Source of the DNA: an uncultured Thermoleophilia bacterium
Lineage (GTDB): Bacteria; Actinomycetota; Thermoleophilia; UBA2241
Direction of reading: 5' to 3'
DNA length: 64,000 nt
NCBI GenBank assembly: GCA_963715985.1
Contig: CAVQSP010000013.1
Location: 576,001-640,000 of the forward strand
Shown here one piece after another: positions 18,540 to 28,386 of this stretch; positions within the stretch are counted from its first letter, which is position 1; each line of letters begins with the position of its first letter. The position numbers and the translations under genes were made by a program. The notes under the pieces are model-generated. The model saw only the letters and a program-made list of their open reading frames with translations. It ran no database searches and was not told the DNA's origin.

Positions 18540-20831
18540 ATGACCACGCCACGAGAACAGCCCGAGCGCGCCACAGGCGCGGAGCCCGCACCCGCCCGCG
18601 ACGGGCGCGCCGGCGCGCGCCGCGACATCGTCGCCCCCATGGCGGGGGCTGAACGCCCCGCAGGGCCTGCCGGCGAGCCCGTGGTCACGACGTCGGCCGA
18701 ACGCTACGTGATGAGCGGCGGGCAGGCCGCACGCCTGGTGGTCAAGGAAGGCGACATCTTCCTGTACAGCGACTCCCTCGGCCAGGCGTCGGGGGGCGAG
18801 AACTCGGTGCTCGGCCTGTACTACCAGGACACGCGGTATCTGAGCCGCCTCGAGCTGACCATCGCCGGCCGCAAGCCGGTGCTGCTTTCCTCGACCGCGG
18901 AGCGGGGGTACGCCGCCACCATCGAGCTGACCAACCTCGAGTCGCACACCCCGGACGGCCGCACGCTGCCCCAGGCGACCGTGCACGTGCGGCGTACGCG
19001 CTTCCTCATCCGACTGCGTGCACGAGCACCTGCGCGTGCGCAACTATCAACGCCGTGGACGTGGAGCTGGTGCTGGACCTTCACTTCGACGCCGACTTCG
19101 CCGACCTGTTCGAGGTGCGCGGCCAACGTCGCCGCAGGCGCGGGTCGCGGCTGCCGGACAGGGTCGAGCGCGGACTCACTGGCGCTGCCCTATCTGGGTC
19201 TCGACGAGGTGCCGCGCGAGACGCTGGTGACGTTCACCGACCCGCCGGAGTCGATCAAGCAGGGGCGCGCCCGCTACCGGCTGCGCCTGGCGCCCGGGGA
19301 GCGGGTGACCCTGGCCTTCGACGTGCGCGTGGTGACGCCCGGACGCGCCGGAGTGCCCGAGGACGACGACGCCGGCGTGCGCCTTGCCGCCCTGCGCCGC
19401 GAGCACGAGCGCTGGGACTCGGGCGCCACCGACATCCTCACCGACAACGAGCAGGTCAACAGGGTGCTGCGCCGCGGCCAGGACGACCTGCGCATGCTCT
19501 CCGCGGTGGTCTCCGGGCAGCGGATCCCGCTCTCGGGGCTGCCGTGGTTCGCGGCGCCCATCGGCCGCGAGCTGCTGCTCGTGGGACTGGAGACCCTGCT
19601 GCTGGACCTGCGCTGGGGGCGGGCCGCGGTGGACTTCCTGGGCGGCTTGCAGGGCGCGCAGGAGCGGCCGTACCGCGAGGAACAGCCGGGCAAGATCATG
19701 CACGAGCTGCGGCGCGGAGAGCTGGCCGGCATCAAGGCCATCCCGCACACGCCGTACTACGGCTCCATCGACGCCACGCCGCTCTGGCTGCTGCTGGTCG
19801 CCGAGCTCACCATGTGGACCGGCGATCTGGACGGCTTCGACTACCGCCGCGACGCGGTGGACGCCGCGCTCGCCTGGCTGGACACGTACGGCGACGCGGA
19901 CGGCGACGGCTTCATGGAGTACGGCAAGCGCTCGCGCGCCGGCCTGCGCAACCAGGGCTGGCGCGACGCCGGCGACGCCGTGCTGCACGCTGACGGCACG
20001 CGGGCCGAGGGCCCTATCGCCCTCGCCGAGACGCAGGGCTACGTGTACTACGCCAAGCGGCGCCTCGCGGCCATCTACGGCGAGCTCGGCGACGTGCAGC
20101 GGGCCGAGCGTCTGAGCCTGGAGGCGGCCGAGCTCAAGCGCCGCTTCAACGAGCGCTTCTGGATGGAGGACGAGGAGTTCTTCGCCATGGCTCTGGACGG
20201 CGAGAAGAAGCAGGTCAGGTCCGTGTGCTCGACCATCGGCCACGCCCTGTGGTCGCGCATCGTGGCCGACGAGCACGTGGAGGCCGTCGTGAGGCGGCTC
20301 ATGGCGCAGGACATGTACACCGGCTGGGGCGTGCGCACGTTCAGCAAGGACATGCAGGGGTTCAACCCCATCAGCTTCTACAACGGCAGCGTGTGGCCCT
20401 ACGACACGGCCATCATCGCCAACGGCATGAAGAAGCACGGCTACGTGCAGGAGGCCAACCGCCTCGCCTGGGGGCTCGTGGAAGCTGCGGCCGCGCACGA
20501 GTACGAGCGCCTCCCGGAGATGTTCTGCGGGTTCACGCGGCGCGCCATCAACAAGCCTGTGGCCTTCCCCATGGCGTGCTCGCCGGACGCCGGCGCCGCC
20601 GGCGCGCTCTTCCTCATCCTGCAGAGCATGGTGGGCATCTACGCGCAGGCCGAGGAGAACATCGTGTACGTGCACAACCCGGACCTGCCCAAGTGGCTCG
20701 GCGAGGTCACCCTGAGCAACCTCAAGGTGGGGCGCACCACCATGCGCCTGCGCTTCCGCCGCGAGGGCAGCCAGACCACCTTCGCCGTGCTCGACAAGCA
20801 GGGTCCCGGACGGATCGTGGTGGTGGAGTGA
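18540..20831 (+). CDS. Amylo-alpha-1,6-glucosidase / glycogen-debranching-enzyme-like glycoside hydrolase (compensating indels ~19010-19170)
   Basis: GLYYQDTRYLSRL, (shifted frame) FDADFADLFEVRG, GLPWF, EEQPGKIMHELR, PYYGSIDATPLW, NQGWRD, YNGSVWPYD, RLPEMFCG. Confidence 0.88.
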   Translation: MTTPREQPERATGAEPAPARDGRAGARRDIVAPMAGAERPAGPAGEPVVTTSAERYVMSGGQAARLVVKEGDIFLYSDSLGQASGGENSVLGLYYQDTRYLSRLELTIAGRKPVLLSSTAERGYAATIELTNLESHTPDGRTLPQATVHVRRTRFLIRLRARAPARAQLSTPWTWSWCWTFTSTPTSPTCSRCAANVAAGAGRGCRTGSSADSLALPYLGLDEVPRETLVTFTDPPESIKQGRARYRLRLAPGERVTLAFDVRVVTPGRAGVPEDDDAGVRLAALRREHERWDSGATDILTDNEQVNRVLRRGQDDLRMLSAVVSGQRIPLSGLPWFAAPIGRELLLVGLETLLLDLRWGRAAVDFLGGLQGAQERPYREEQPGKIMHELRRGELAGIKAIPHTPYYGSIDATPLWLLLVAELTMWTGDLDGFDYRRDAVDAALAWLDTYGDADGDGFMEYGKRSRAGLRNQGWRDAGDAVLHADGTRAEGPIALAETQGYVYYAKRRLAAIYGELGDVQRAERLSLEAAELKRRFNERFWMEDEEFFAMALDGEKKQVRSVCSTIGHALWSRIVADEHVEAVVRRLMAQDMYTGWGVRTFSKDMQGFNPISFYNGSVWPYDTAIIANGMKKHGYVQEANRLAWGLVEAAAAHEYERLPEMFCGFTRRAINKPVAFPMACSPDAGAAGALFLILQSMVGIYAQAEENIVYVHNPDLPKWLGEVTLSNLKVGRTTMRLRFRREGSQTTFAVLDKQGPGRIVVVE

Positions 20832-21622
20832 TGAGCGGCGAGCGCCTCACCATCGCCCACATCTCCGACCTGCATGCGGGCTCGCCCTACTTCGTCCCCA
20901 GCCTCATGGACCGCGTGGTGGTGGAGCTCAACGAGCTCGCCCCGGACGTGGTGGTGTGCACCGGCGACCTCACCGAGATGGGCTTCCGCCAGGACTACGT
21001 GCAGGCGCGCGAGTACCTGGAGCGCATCGAATGTCCGCAGCTGGTCGTCATCCCCGGCAACCACGACGCACGCAACGTGGGGTACGTGCACTTCGAGGAG
21101 CTCATCGGGCCGCGCTGGCAGACGCTGCACCTCGACCAGGTGACCATCGTCGCGGAGGACTCCACCGAGCCCGACCTGGATCACGGGCAGATCGGGCGGG
21201 CGCGCTACACGTGGCTGCGCGAGCAGTTCTCGCGCCCGGCCGCGTTCCGCGTGTTCATGCTGCACCACCACCTCCTGCCGGTGCCCGGCACGGGGCGGGA
21301 GCGCAACATCGTCTACGACGCGGGGGACCTGCTCGAAGAGCTGCAGGCCTGCCGCGTGAACCTCGTGCTCTCGGGCCACAAGCACGTGCCCTACGCCTGG
21401 CGGCTGGAGAGCCTCTTCGTGGTCAACGCCGGGACGTGCAGCTCTCTGCGCCTTCGGGGGAACACAAAGGCGTGCTACAACATCGTCCGTCTGGACGGCG
21501 ATACCGTGAACGTAGTGCGCAAGTTCCCGTTCCACGGCACGGAGACGCTCATCGACTTCGTGCCGTCCACGGCGTCGTTCGAGAAGTACGTCTGTCCGGT
21601 GCCCGGGGAGGAGCCGAGATAG
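20831..21622 (+). CDS. Calcineurin-like metallophosphoesterase (CpdA/Icc-like)
   Basis: AHISDLH, TGDLT, PGNHD, MLHHHL, LSGHKH; ATG overlaps the upstream stop (tgatg). Confidence 0.92.
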   Translation: MSGERLTIAHISDLHAGSPYFVPSLMDRVVVELNELAPDVVVCTGDLTEMGFRQDYVQAREYLERIECPQLVVIPGNHDARNVGYVHFEELIGPRWQTLHLDQVTIVAEDSTEPDLDHGQIGRARYTWLREQFSRPAAFRVFMLHHHLLPVPGTGRERNIVYDAGDLLEELQACRVNLVLSGHKHVPYAWRLESLFVVNAGTCSSLRLRGNTKACYNIVRLDGDTVNVVRKFPFHGTETLIDFVPSTASFEKYVCPVPGEEPR

Positions 21623-23116
21623 AAGCAGAAGCTCCCGCGCGCCGTGGTCCTCGTGGACGGCGAGCACTACCCGCCGGTGGTGGCCGCCGCCCTCGAAGGG
21701 CTGCGGCGGCGGTACCAGTCGTGGTCGCCGGGCTGTTCGCCGGCGGGCGCGAGAAGCTGCGCGGCGGCGAGGGCGAGGCGCTCGGCGGCCTCGCCGCCGA
21801 GCTCGGGCTGTCCGCGCCTCGACGCCGTCGACCCCGTGCGGGGCGACTCCGGCCGAGACCTTGGACGCCACGCGGGCGGCCTGCGCGCGGCGCGCGCCGC
21901 GGTGCTCGTGGACCTCTCGGACGAGCCGGTGGTGGGGTACCGCGAGCGCTTCCTCCTGATGAGCGCCGCGCTCGCCGAGGGCGCGCGCTACGAGGCCGCC
22001 GACACGGAGGTGCGGCCGCAGGAGTTCGCGCGCCTCGGGCGCCATGCCGGCGCTCGTGCGTGCTCGGCACCGGCAAGCGCGTCGGCAAGACCGCCGTGAG
22101 CGGCTGGCTGGCGCGGCGTCTGGACGCCGCCCTGCGGGAGCAGCGGCGGCGTGATCGTCGTGGCCATGGGCCGCGGCGGGCCGCCGGAGCCGGAGCTCGT
22201 GCCGGGCCGCGACGGGCTCGGCGTGGCCGAGCTGCTCGCGGCCTCGCGCCGCGGCCGGCACGCCGCCAGCGACTGCTACGAGGACGCGGTGCTCGCCGGC
22301 GTGCCTGCCGTCGGCTGTCGCCGCTGCGGCGGCGGCCTGGCCGGGGCGCCGTTCGACGACACCGTGCGCGCCGCCCTGCCGCTGGTGGAGGCGAGCGGCG
22401 CCGCGCTCGCCGTCGTGGAGGGCAGCGGCGCCGTGGTGCCGCCGGTGGCCTGCGACGCGACCCTGTGCGTGTCCGGCGCCGCCCAGCCGCCCGAGTACGT
22501 GGTCGGCCTGCTCGGCACGTACCGGCTGCTGCTCAGCGACGCGCTCGTGCTCACGCAGTGCGAGCCGCCCTTCGCCGACGAGGCGGGCGTGGCCGCGCTG
22601 GCCGCGGCGGCCCGCGCCGTGCGACCCGGCCTGCGCGTGGTGCCCACCGTGTTCCGGCCACGGCCGGCGCAGCCCGTGCGCGGGCGTCGGGTGGCCTTCT
22701 TCACCACCGCGCCGGAGGCCGCCGTGCCGCGGCTCGCGCAGGCGCTCGCCGAGGACCACGGCGCCGAGGTCGTGCTCGTCTCCACCGACCTCGCCGACCG
22801 CGCCCGGCTCGCGCCCGCCGTGGCGCGCGCCGCCCGCGAGGCCGACGTCTTCCTCTGCGAGATCAAGGCCGCGGCCGTGGACGTGGTCGCCGAAGGCGCC
22901 GAGGCGGCCGGCCGCGAGCTCGTGTTCTGCGACAACGAGCCGGTCTCGCTCGGCCCGGACCTCGGCGGGGTCGTGGACGAGCTGGCCGCGCTGGCCGCGG
23001 AGCGCTTCGCCGCCCGCGGCCCCACCCGCGGCCCCGCCGGCGGCACCTCCGCGCGGCCCCGCCGGCGAGCGCCACACGCCCGGCCACCTACGGGGGAGGT
23101 GCGCGATGGACGGTGA
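21620..23116 (+). CDS. cpgS: Cyclic 2,3-diphosphoglycerate synthetase (split by several indels; start approximate)
   Basis: Stitched motifs: LVDGEHYPPVV, FAGGREKL, DLSDEPVV..RERF, GTGKRVGKTAVSG, VAMGRGGPPEP, HAASDCYEDA, GCRRCGGGLAG, EGSG, CEIKAAAVDVV, FCDNEP, matching archaeal CpgS as I know it. Confidence 0.88.
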
Positions 23117-24019
23117 CGCAGACGTGCGCCTCATCGACCCGGACGACCCGGCCCCGTTCAGCAAAGGCCTGATGGCGCAGACGCTGATGGCCACCGGCCT
23201 CGCGCCCGAGCACGCGTATCTGGTGGCGGCCGCCGTGGAGCGGCGCCTGCGGCGCCAGGGTGCGGCGGCCCTCACCCTCGCCGACCTTCACGAGATCGCC
23301 TGCGAGGAGCTCGGGCAGCTCGAGGGCGACACGCTCATCCAGCGCTTCCGCCAGTGGCAGAAGCTGCGCCGTCTCGAGACGCCGCTCATCGTGCTCATCG
23401 GCGGCGCCACCGGCGTCGGCAAGAGCACGCTCGCCACCGAGCTCGCGCACCGTCTCGGCATCACCCGCGTGATCAGCACCGACATGGTCCGCCAGACCAT
23501 GCGCGCCTTCTTCGCCGCCCGAGCTGATGCCGGCCATCCACACGTCCTCGTTCGACGCCTCCGCGGCCGTGCGCGTGCCCATGCCGCGCGACACCGACCT
23601 CACCAGGGTCGGGTTCATCGAGCAGACCAAAGCCATCAGCGTGGGCATCGAGGCGATCGTGCAGCGCGGCATCGACGAGGGGCAGCAGATGGTGGTGGAG
23701 GGTGTGCACCTGGTGCCGGGGTTCCTCGACCGCGCGCGCTGGGGCGAGGCCATCGTGCTCGAGTTCGTGCTGGCCGTGGGCGACAGGACCAGACACCGCG
23801 GCAACTTCACCGTGCGCGACTGGGAGACGGGCGGCCTGCGCCCGCTGCAGCGCTACGTGGAGCACTTCGCCGAGATCCGCCGCATCCAGAAGTACATCGT
23901 GGGAAGGGCGGAGGCCCAGGGCGTACCCGTGGTGGACGCGCCGAGCCTCGACGAGAGCCTCAGTGAGGTGCTCGGCACCATCCTGCACCGCGTGGAGGAG
24001 TGGCAGACCCGCCGGCTGA
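23106..24019 (+). CDS. pgk2: 2-phosphoglycerate kinase (ATP-cone plus P-loop); frameshift ~23520, stop position uncertain
   Basis: PFSKGLMAQTL..TG, LIGGATGVGKSTLATELAHRLGITRVISTDMVR, PAIHTSSF, EAIVQRGIDEG..MVVEGVHLVPGF, YVEHFAEIRRIQKYI. Confidence 0.88.
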
Positions 24020-24274
24020 ACCGTCTGCGGTCGCGGTCCACGCAATCGGGTATACTCAAGTCACTCCCCTTCCGGTCGCTCATCCGCGCGACGTCCCGTG
24101 ACGTGAGGCCCGGAGAAATCTGCAGTAGGAATCTCTTGCACGGTGTGACATACTCTGCTCCGGAGTCCGCACGGACCCCGCCCTTCATCACAGCATCCAC
24201 CTCTACTCGTTCGACATCTCCCGCACGTACTGGCTGCGAGCCGCGTGGGGCGATGTCAGAGGTCTCGGGAGCCC

Positions 24275-25970
24275 ATGGACACTGACGAACAGACAGATCA
24301 GACGACCGTACCCACCACGCCCGCCGTGCCGTCCATGGAGACGGCACCCGCAGGCGCCCGTAGCGACCAAGCCGGCCCGCAAGCCGTCCGCGCGCAAGAC
24401 CGCGGCGGCGGCCGCCGCCAACGGCGACGGCGCCGACACGGCCTCCGCCGACCGAGCCGGCCGCCGGCCGCCGCGCCGGAGCCCCGCCGTCGAGCCCCGG
24501 CCACGCCGCCTGCCGGCGACTCGCTCCGGCCACCGCCCCCGAGGCGCTGCCGGTCAGCGCGGCCCCGCGCGCAGCTTGCCGCGCGCCGACGCCCCTGCGT
24601 TTGCAGGCGCGCCCGCCGAGACGGCCACGTCCACCATCGAGGCGCCGTCGGCTCCACCGGCCGAGGGCGGCGCGTCTGACGCCCCGCCCACCTCCGCCGA
24701 CGGCGACGGCGACCGCTACGGCGGCCAGCAACGTCCGGGCCAACAGGGTCAGCAGGGCCAGCAGCGCCAGCAGGGCAAAGGCAAGAACCGCCGCGGCCGC
24801 GACAAGCAGCGCCAGGGCGGCGGTGGCGGCGGTGGCGAGCAGGTGCGCGACGACCGCCCGTCCATCCCGTGTACCGGCATCCTCGACGTGCTCCCGGACG
24901 GTTTCGGGTTCCTGCGCACCAACGGGTTCACGCAGGGCGACCGCGACGTCTACGTGTCGCTCAGCCAGATCCGCCGCTTCGGCCTGCGCCGCGGCGACGA
25001 GATCCTCGGCCAGGTGCGCGAGCCCAAGGACAACGAGAAGTACAACGCGCTGCTCAAGATCGACATGGTCAACGGGGTCGACCCGGACACGGCGCGCAAG
25101 CGCCCGCTGTTCGAGCAGCTCACGCCGCTGTACCCCGAGGAGCGTCTGCGTCTGGAGACCGAGGAGCACGACACCGCGGCGCGCATCATGGACCTGCTGT
25201 GCCCCGTCGGCAAGGGCCAGCGCGGGCTCATCGTCTCGCCGCCCAAGGCGGGCAAGACCACCATCCTCAAGAAGCTGGCCAACTCCATCGCCGTCAACAA
25301 CCCCGACGTGGACCTCTTCGTGCTGCTCGTGGACGAGCGCCCGGAGGAAGTCACCGACATGGAGCGCTCGGTGGTCGGCACCGTGGTGTCCAGCACCTTC
25401 GACCAGCCCAGCGAGAACCACGTCCAGGTCACCGAGCTGGTGCTGGACCGCGTCAAGCGCCTCGTCGAGATGGGCCGCGACGTCGTCGTGCTGCTCGACT
25501 CCATCACGCGCATGGCGCGCGCCTTCAACCTCAACACGCCGGCCAGCGGCCGCATCCTCTCGGGCGGCGTGGACAGCACGGCGCTGTACCCGCCCAAGAA
25601 GTTCTTCGGGGCCGCCCGCAACATCGAGGAGGGCGGCTCGCTCACCATCCTCGCCACGGCGCTGGTGGACACCGGCTCCCGCATGGACGAGGTCATCTTC
25701 GAGGAGTTCAAGGGCACCGGCAACCTCGAGATCCGCCTGGACAGGCGGCTCGCCGACAAGCGCATCTTCCCGGCCATCGACATCGAGATGACCGGCACGC
25801 GCAAGGAGGAGCTGCTCATGGAGCCCGCCGAGGCGGCCGCCGTGTGGAAGCTCCGCGGCGTGCTGCACAGCCTCGAGCCGTCGGCGGCCATCGAGCTGCT
25901 CATCAAGAAGGTCCGCGAGACCAAGAGCAACGCCGAGTTCCTCAGCGCGCTGCAGAAGAACTCGCGCTAG
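24275..25970 (+). CDS. rho: Transcription termination factor Rho with long low-complexity N-terminus (indels in the N-terminal part)
   Basis: [70 protein letters not shown]. Confidence 0.96.
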
Positions 25971-26034
25971 TCGGACCGCTCGGCCGCGGACGCTGCGCAC
26001 GGGCGAGGTCTCATGCTGAGCGGGGGATCGCATC

Positions 26035-26838
26035 GTGACGGGTGAGTCCGGCGGCGTCTGGCGGGTGCCGTTCGTCAAGGCGTCCGCCTGTGGCAACGAT
26101 TTCCTGCTCATCGAGGAGCGGTTCGCTCCCGTGGACCTCGCCGTGATCACGCGTCGCGCCTGCGACCGCCACGAGGGCGTGGGTGCCGACGGTGTGGAGT
26201 GGCTGTCGGCCGACGACGAGGCCGACATCGCCGCCAGGCTCATCAACGCCGACGGCTCCTCCGCCGAGATCTCCGGCAACGGTACGCGCTGCGTCGCCGC
26301 CCTGCTCGCGTCGGCCCACGACCACGAGACCTTCACCGTGCGCACAGGCTACGGCATCCGTATCTGCCAGCTTGTCTCGCGCAAGGATCCCGACTTCGAG
26401 TTCGACATCGACATGTGGGCGCCGCACATCGGCGAGCCGGAGACCCTCGAGCTCTCCTGCGGGCCCGTGACGGGCACGCCGGTGTCGACCGGCAACCCGC
26501 ACTTCGTCGTCCTCGTGGACGCATTTGCGCCCGGGTGGCAGGGGATGGCCGCGGAGCTCGAAGCGCATCCGCGGTTCCCCGAGCGCACCAACGTGGAGCT
26601 CGTGCGCGTCGTCGCGCCCGACGAAGTGGAGGCGCGCGTCTTCGAGCGCGGCGCGGGAGAGACGCGCTCGTCCGGCACCGGCTCGGTCGCCGCGGCCGTG
26701 GCCGCCATCGCCGCCGGCCTTGTGCGCTCGCCGGTGCGCGTCGTCACGCCCGGCGGCGCGCAGACGGTGGTCTGGGACGGCGCCCTGACGCTGCGGGGCA
26801 CGGCGCGGCTGGTCTGCGCCGGGTCGTTCTACCTCTGA
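26035..26838 (+). CDS. dapF: Diaminopimelate epimerase-like protein with Ser at both catalytic Cys positions
   Basis: GNDF, DRHEGVGADG, NADGSSAEISGNGTRC, TGNPH, FPERTNVE, ERGAGETRSSGTGS. Confidence 0.85.
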   Translation: MTGESGGVWRVPFVKASACGNDFLLIEERFAPVDLAVITRRACDRHEGVGADGVEWLSADDEADIAARLINADGSSAEISGNGTRCVAALLASAHDHETFTVRTGYGIRICQLVSRKDPDFEFDIDMWAPHIGEPETLELSCGPVTGTPVSTGNPHFVVLVDAFAPGWQGMAAELEAHPRFPERTNVELVRVVAPDEVEARVFERGAGETRSSGTGSVAAAVAAIAAGLVRSPVRVVTPGGAQTVVWDGALTLRGTARLVCAGSFYL

Positions 26839-26847
26839 GCCGGTGCG

Positions 26848-26870
26848 CCGTGGCGGCTTCGCCGCCACGG
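26848..26870 (+). terminator. Hairpin after dapF
   Basis: ccgtggcggc-ttc-gccgccacgg. Confidence 0.55.
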
Positions 26871-27063
26871 TCGGCCGGGGTAGCATGAGAATCCAGCGGT
26901 AGATGAAGGATCTTCATGGTGCGCAGGAACGCGTGGCTGTGATCCACCCGGGGATCGCCGGCATCCTCGGGTGGAGAGAGTCGAGGCAGTGCCCGCGAGC
27001 GAGCTCGTCGAGGCCGGGACGCTTTTCTCGCGGGATGACCGAACGGGGCCGGCGCTGCGCCCG

Positions 27064-28380
27064 TCAGAGCGCCCGGCCGCCGATGCCGTTCACGCCGAGC
27101 GCGACGAGACGCTCGACCAGGGCCGGCCGGCCGATGTGCTGCACCTCGCAGCCCGCGGCCAGCGCCATGGCGGCACCCACGCCGGCGGCCTGACCCATGA
27201 TCATGCACTGGGGCATGCCGCGCCCGGTGGCGTAGGTCTCGAGGTCGACCGAGCGTGCCCTGCCGGCGAACAGCAGGTTCTTCACCGACCGCGGCACCAG
27301 CGTCCTGAACGGGACGGTGTAGTACTCGCCGGGCGGCAGGGCGGCCTCGTGCGAGTAGAAGCTCGAGGTCTCGTCGCGGAACACCTCGTCGAGCGGGCTG
27401 TCCGCGGCCACGATACCGTCTTCGAACTTCGTGGCCGCGGCCACGTCCTCGCGCGTCAGCGTGTAGAGGCCCTCAAGCCGCCTGCCCTCACGCACGCCCA
27501 CCACCGGGCCGATGCGCGAGACGTAGGCGTGCTCGAACCCGGGCATCTCGTCGCGGCAGAACGAGGCCAGCGCCATCACCTGGCGCCGTGCCTTCAGGGT
27601 CGCGCCGGCGACGCTTCTCATGTCGCTGCCGTCCACCCCGGTGACCGTGACCGTGTTGAAGTAGACGGAACCCTGCCGCAGGCCCTTGAGCATGTAGATC
27701 TGCGGCAGCGTCTCGGGGAGCCTGCCCTGGGCGATGCCCTTCTGCGCATACCGCGTGTGGTAGGGGTCGGATGCGTCGGCGAACGCCAGGGACCAGTCCA
27801 CGTTCTCCATGAAGAACGTGAGCGTGGCGCCCATCGTGCGGCCGTGGCTGTCGCCGGTGGCGCTCGGCACGCCCGCCAGGGCGGCGACGTCTCCGTTGCC
27901 GGTGCAGTCGACGAAGATGCCGGCGGTGAGGCGCTCGCTGCCCTGAGGGGAGACGACGTCGACGGAGCGCACGGCGCGGTCGTCGACAACCACGTTCACC
28001 GGCAGGTGGTTCAGCAGCAGCTCGACGCCGGCGCCCGCCAGCAGCTCGTACAGCTCCGACAGCATCACATCGTAGTCGTACACGACCTCGTCGCCGAAGT
28101 TCTCGAGGTCGCACGGGCGGCGCTCGGCGGCTGGCGGGTCGTGCGTTTGCAGCCGGTTCACGAGCTCTTCGAAGAAGCCGCCCACGCTGGTGCCGCACGG
28201 GTAGCCGGAGCCCAGCATCATGCCGGGACAGGACGAGATGACACCGCCGATGACGTTCTGGAGCTCGACGAGGCGCACGGAACAGCCCTCGCGCGCCGCC
28301 ACCACGGCGGCGGCGATGCCGGCCGGGCCGGCGCCGAAGACGAGAACGTCGGTGTGTGAAGGAAGCACGGGCGATGGCAT
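27064..28380 (-). CDS. FAD-dependent oxidoreductase (FAD_oxidored-type)
   Basis: DVLVFGAGPAGIAAAVVAAR, FVDCTGNGD, GVREGRRLEG.Y.LT, YTVPFRTLVP..VKNLLFAGR, MGQAAGVGAA. Confidence 0.88.
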   Translation of the reverse strand: MPSPVLPSHTDVLVFGAGPAGIAAAVVAAREGCSVRLVELQNVIGGVISSCPGMMLGSGYPCGTSVGGFFEELVNRLQTHDPPAAERRPCDLENFGDEVVYDYDVMLSELYELLAGAGVELLLNHLPVNVVVDDRAVRSVDVVSPQGSERLTAGIFVDCTGNGDVAALAGVPSATGDSHGRTMGATLTFFMENVDWSLAFADASDPYHTRYAQKGIAQGRLPETLPQIYMLKGLRQGSVYFNTVTVTGVDGSDMRSVAGATLKARRQVMALASFCRDEMPGFEHAYVSRIGPVVGVREGRRLEGLYTLTREDVAAATKFEDGIVAADSPLDEVFRDETSSFYSHEAALPPGEYYTVPFRTLVPRSVKNLLFAGRARSVDLETYATGRGMPQCMIMGQAAGVGAAMALAAGCEVQHIGRPALVERLVALGVNGIGGRAL

Positions 28381-28386
28381 GACTAT

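Noticed and set aside
26880-27063. Possible gene remnant or small ORF between dapF and the FAD oxidoreductase
   Set aside because: Slightly AT-richer, but no recognisable motif, start or RBS.
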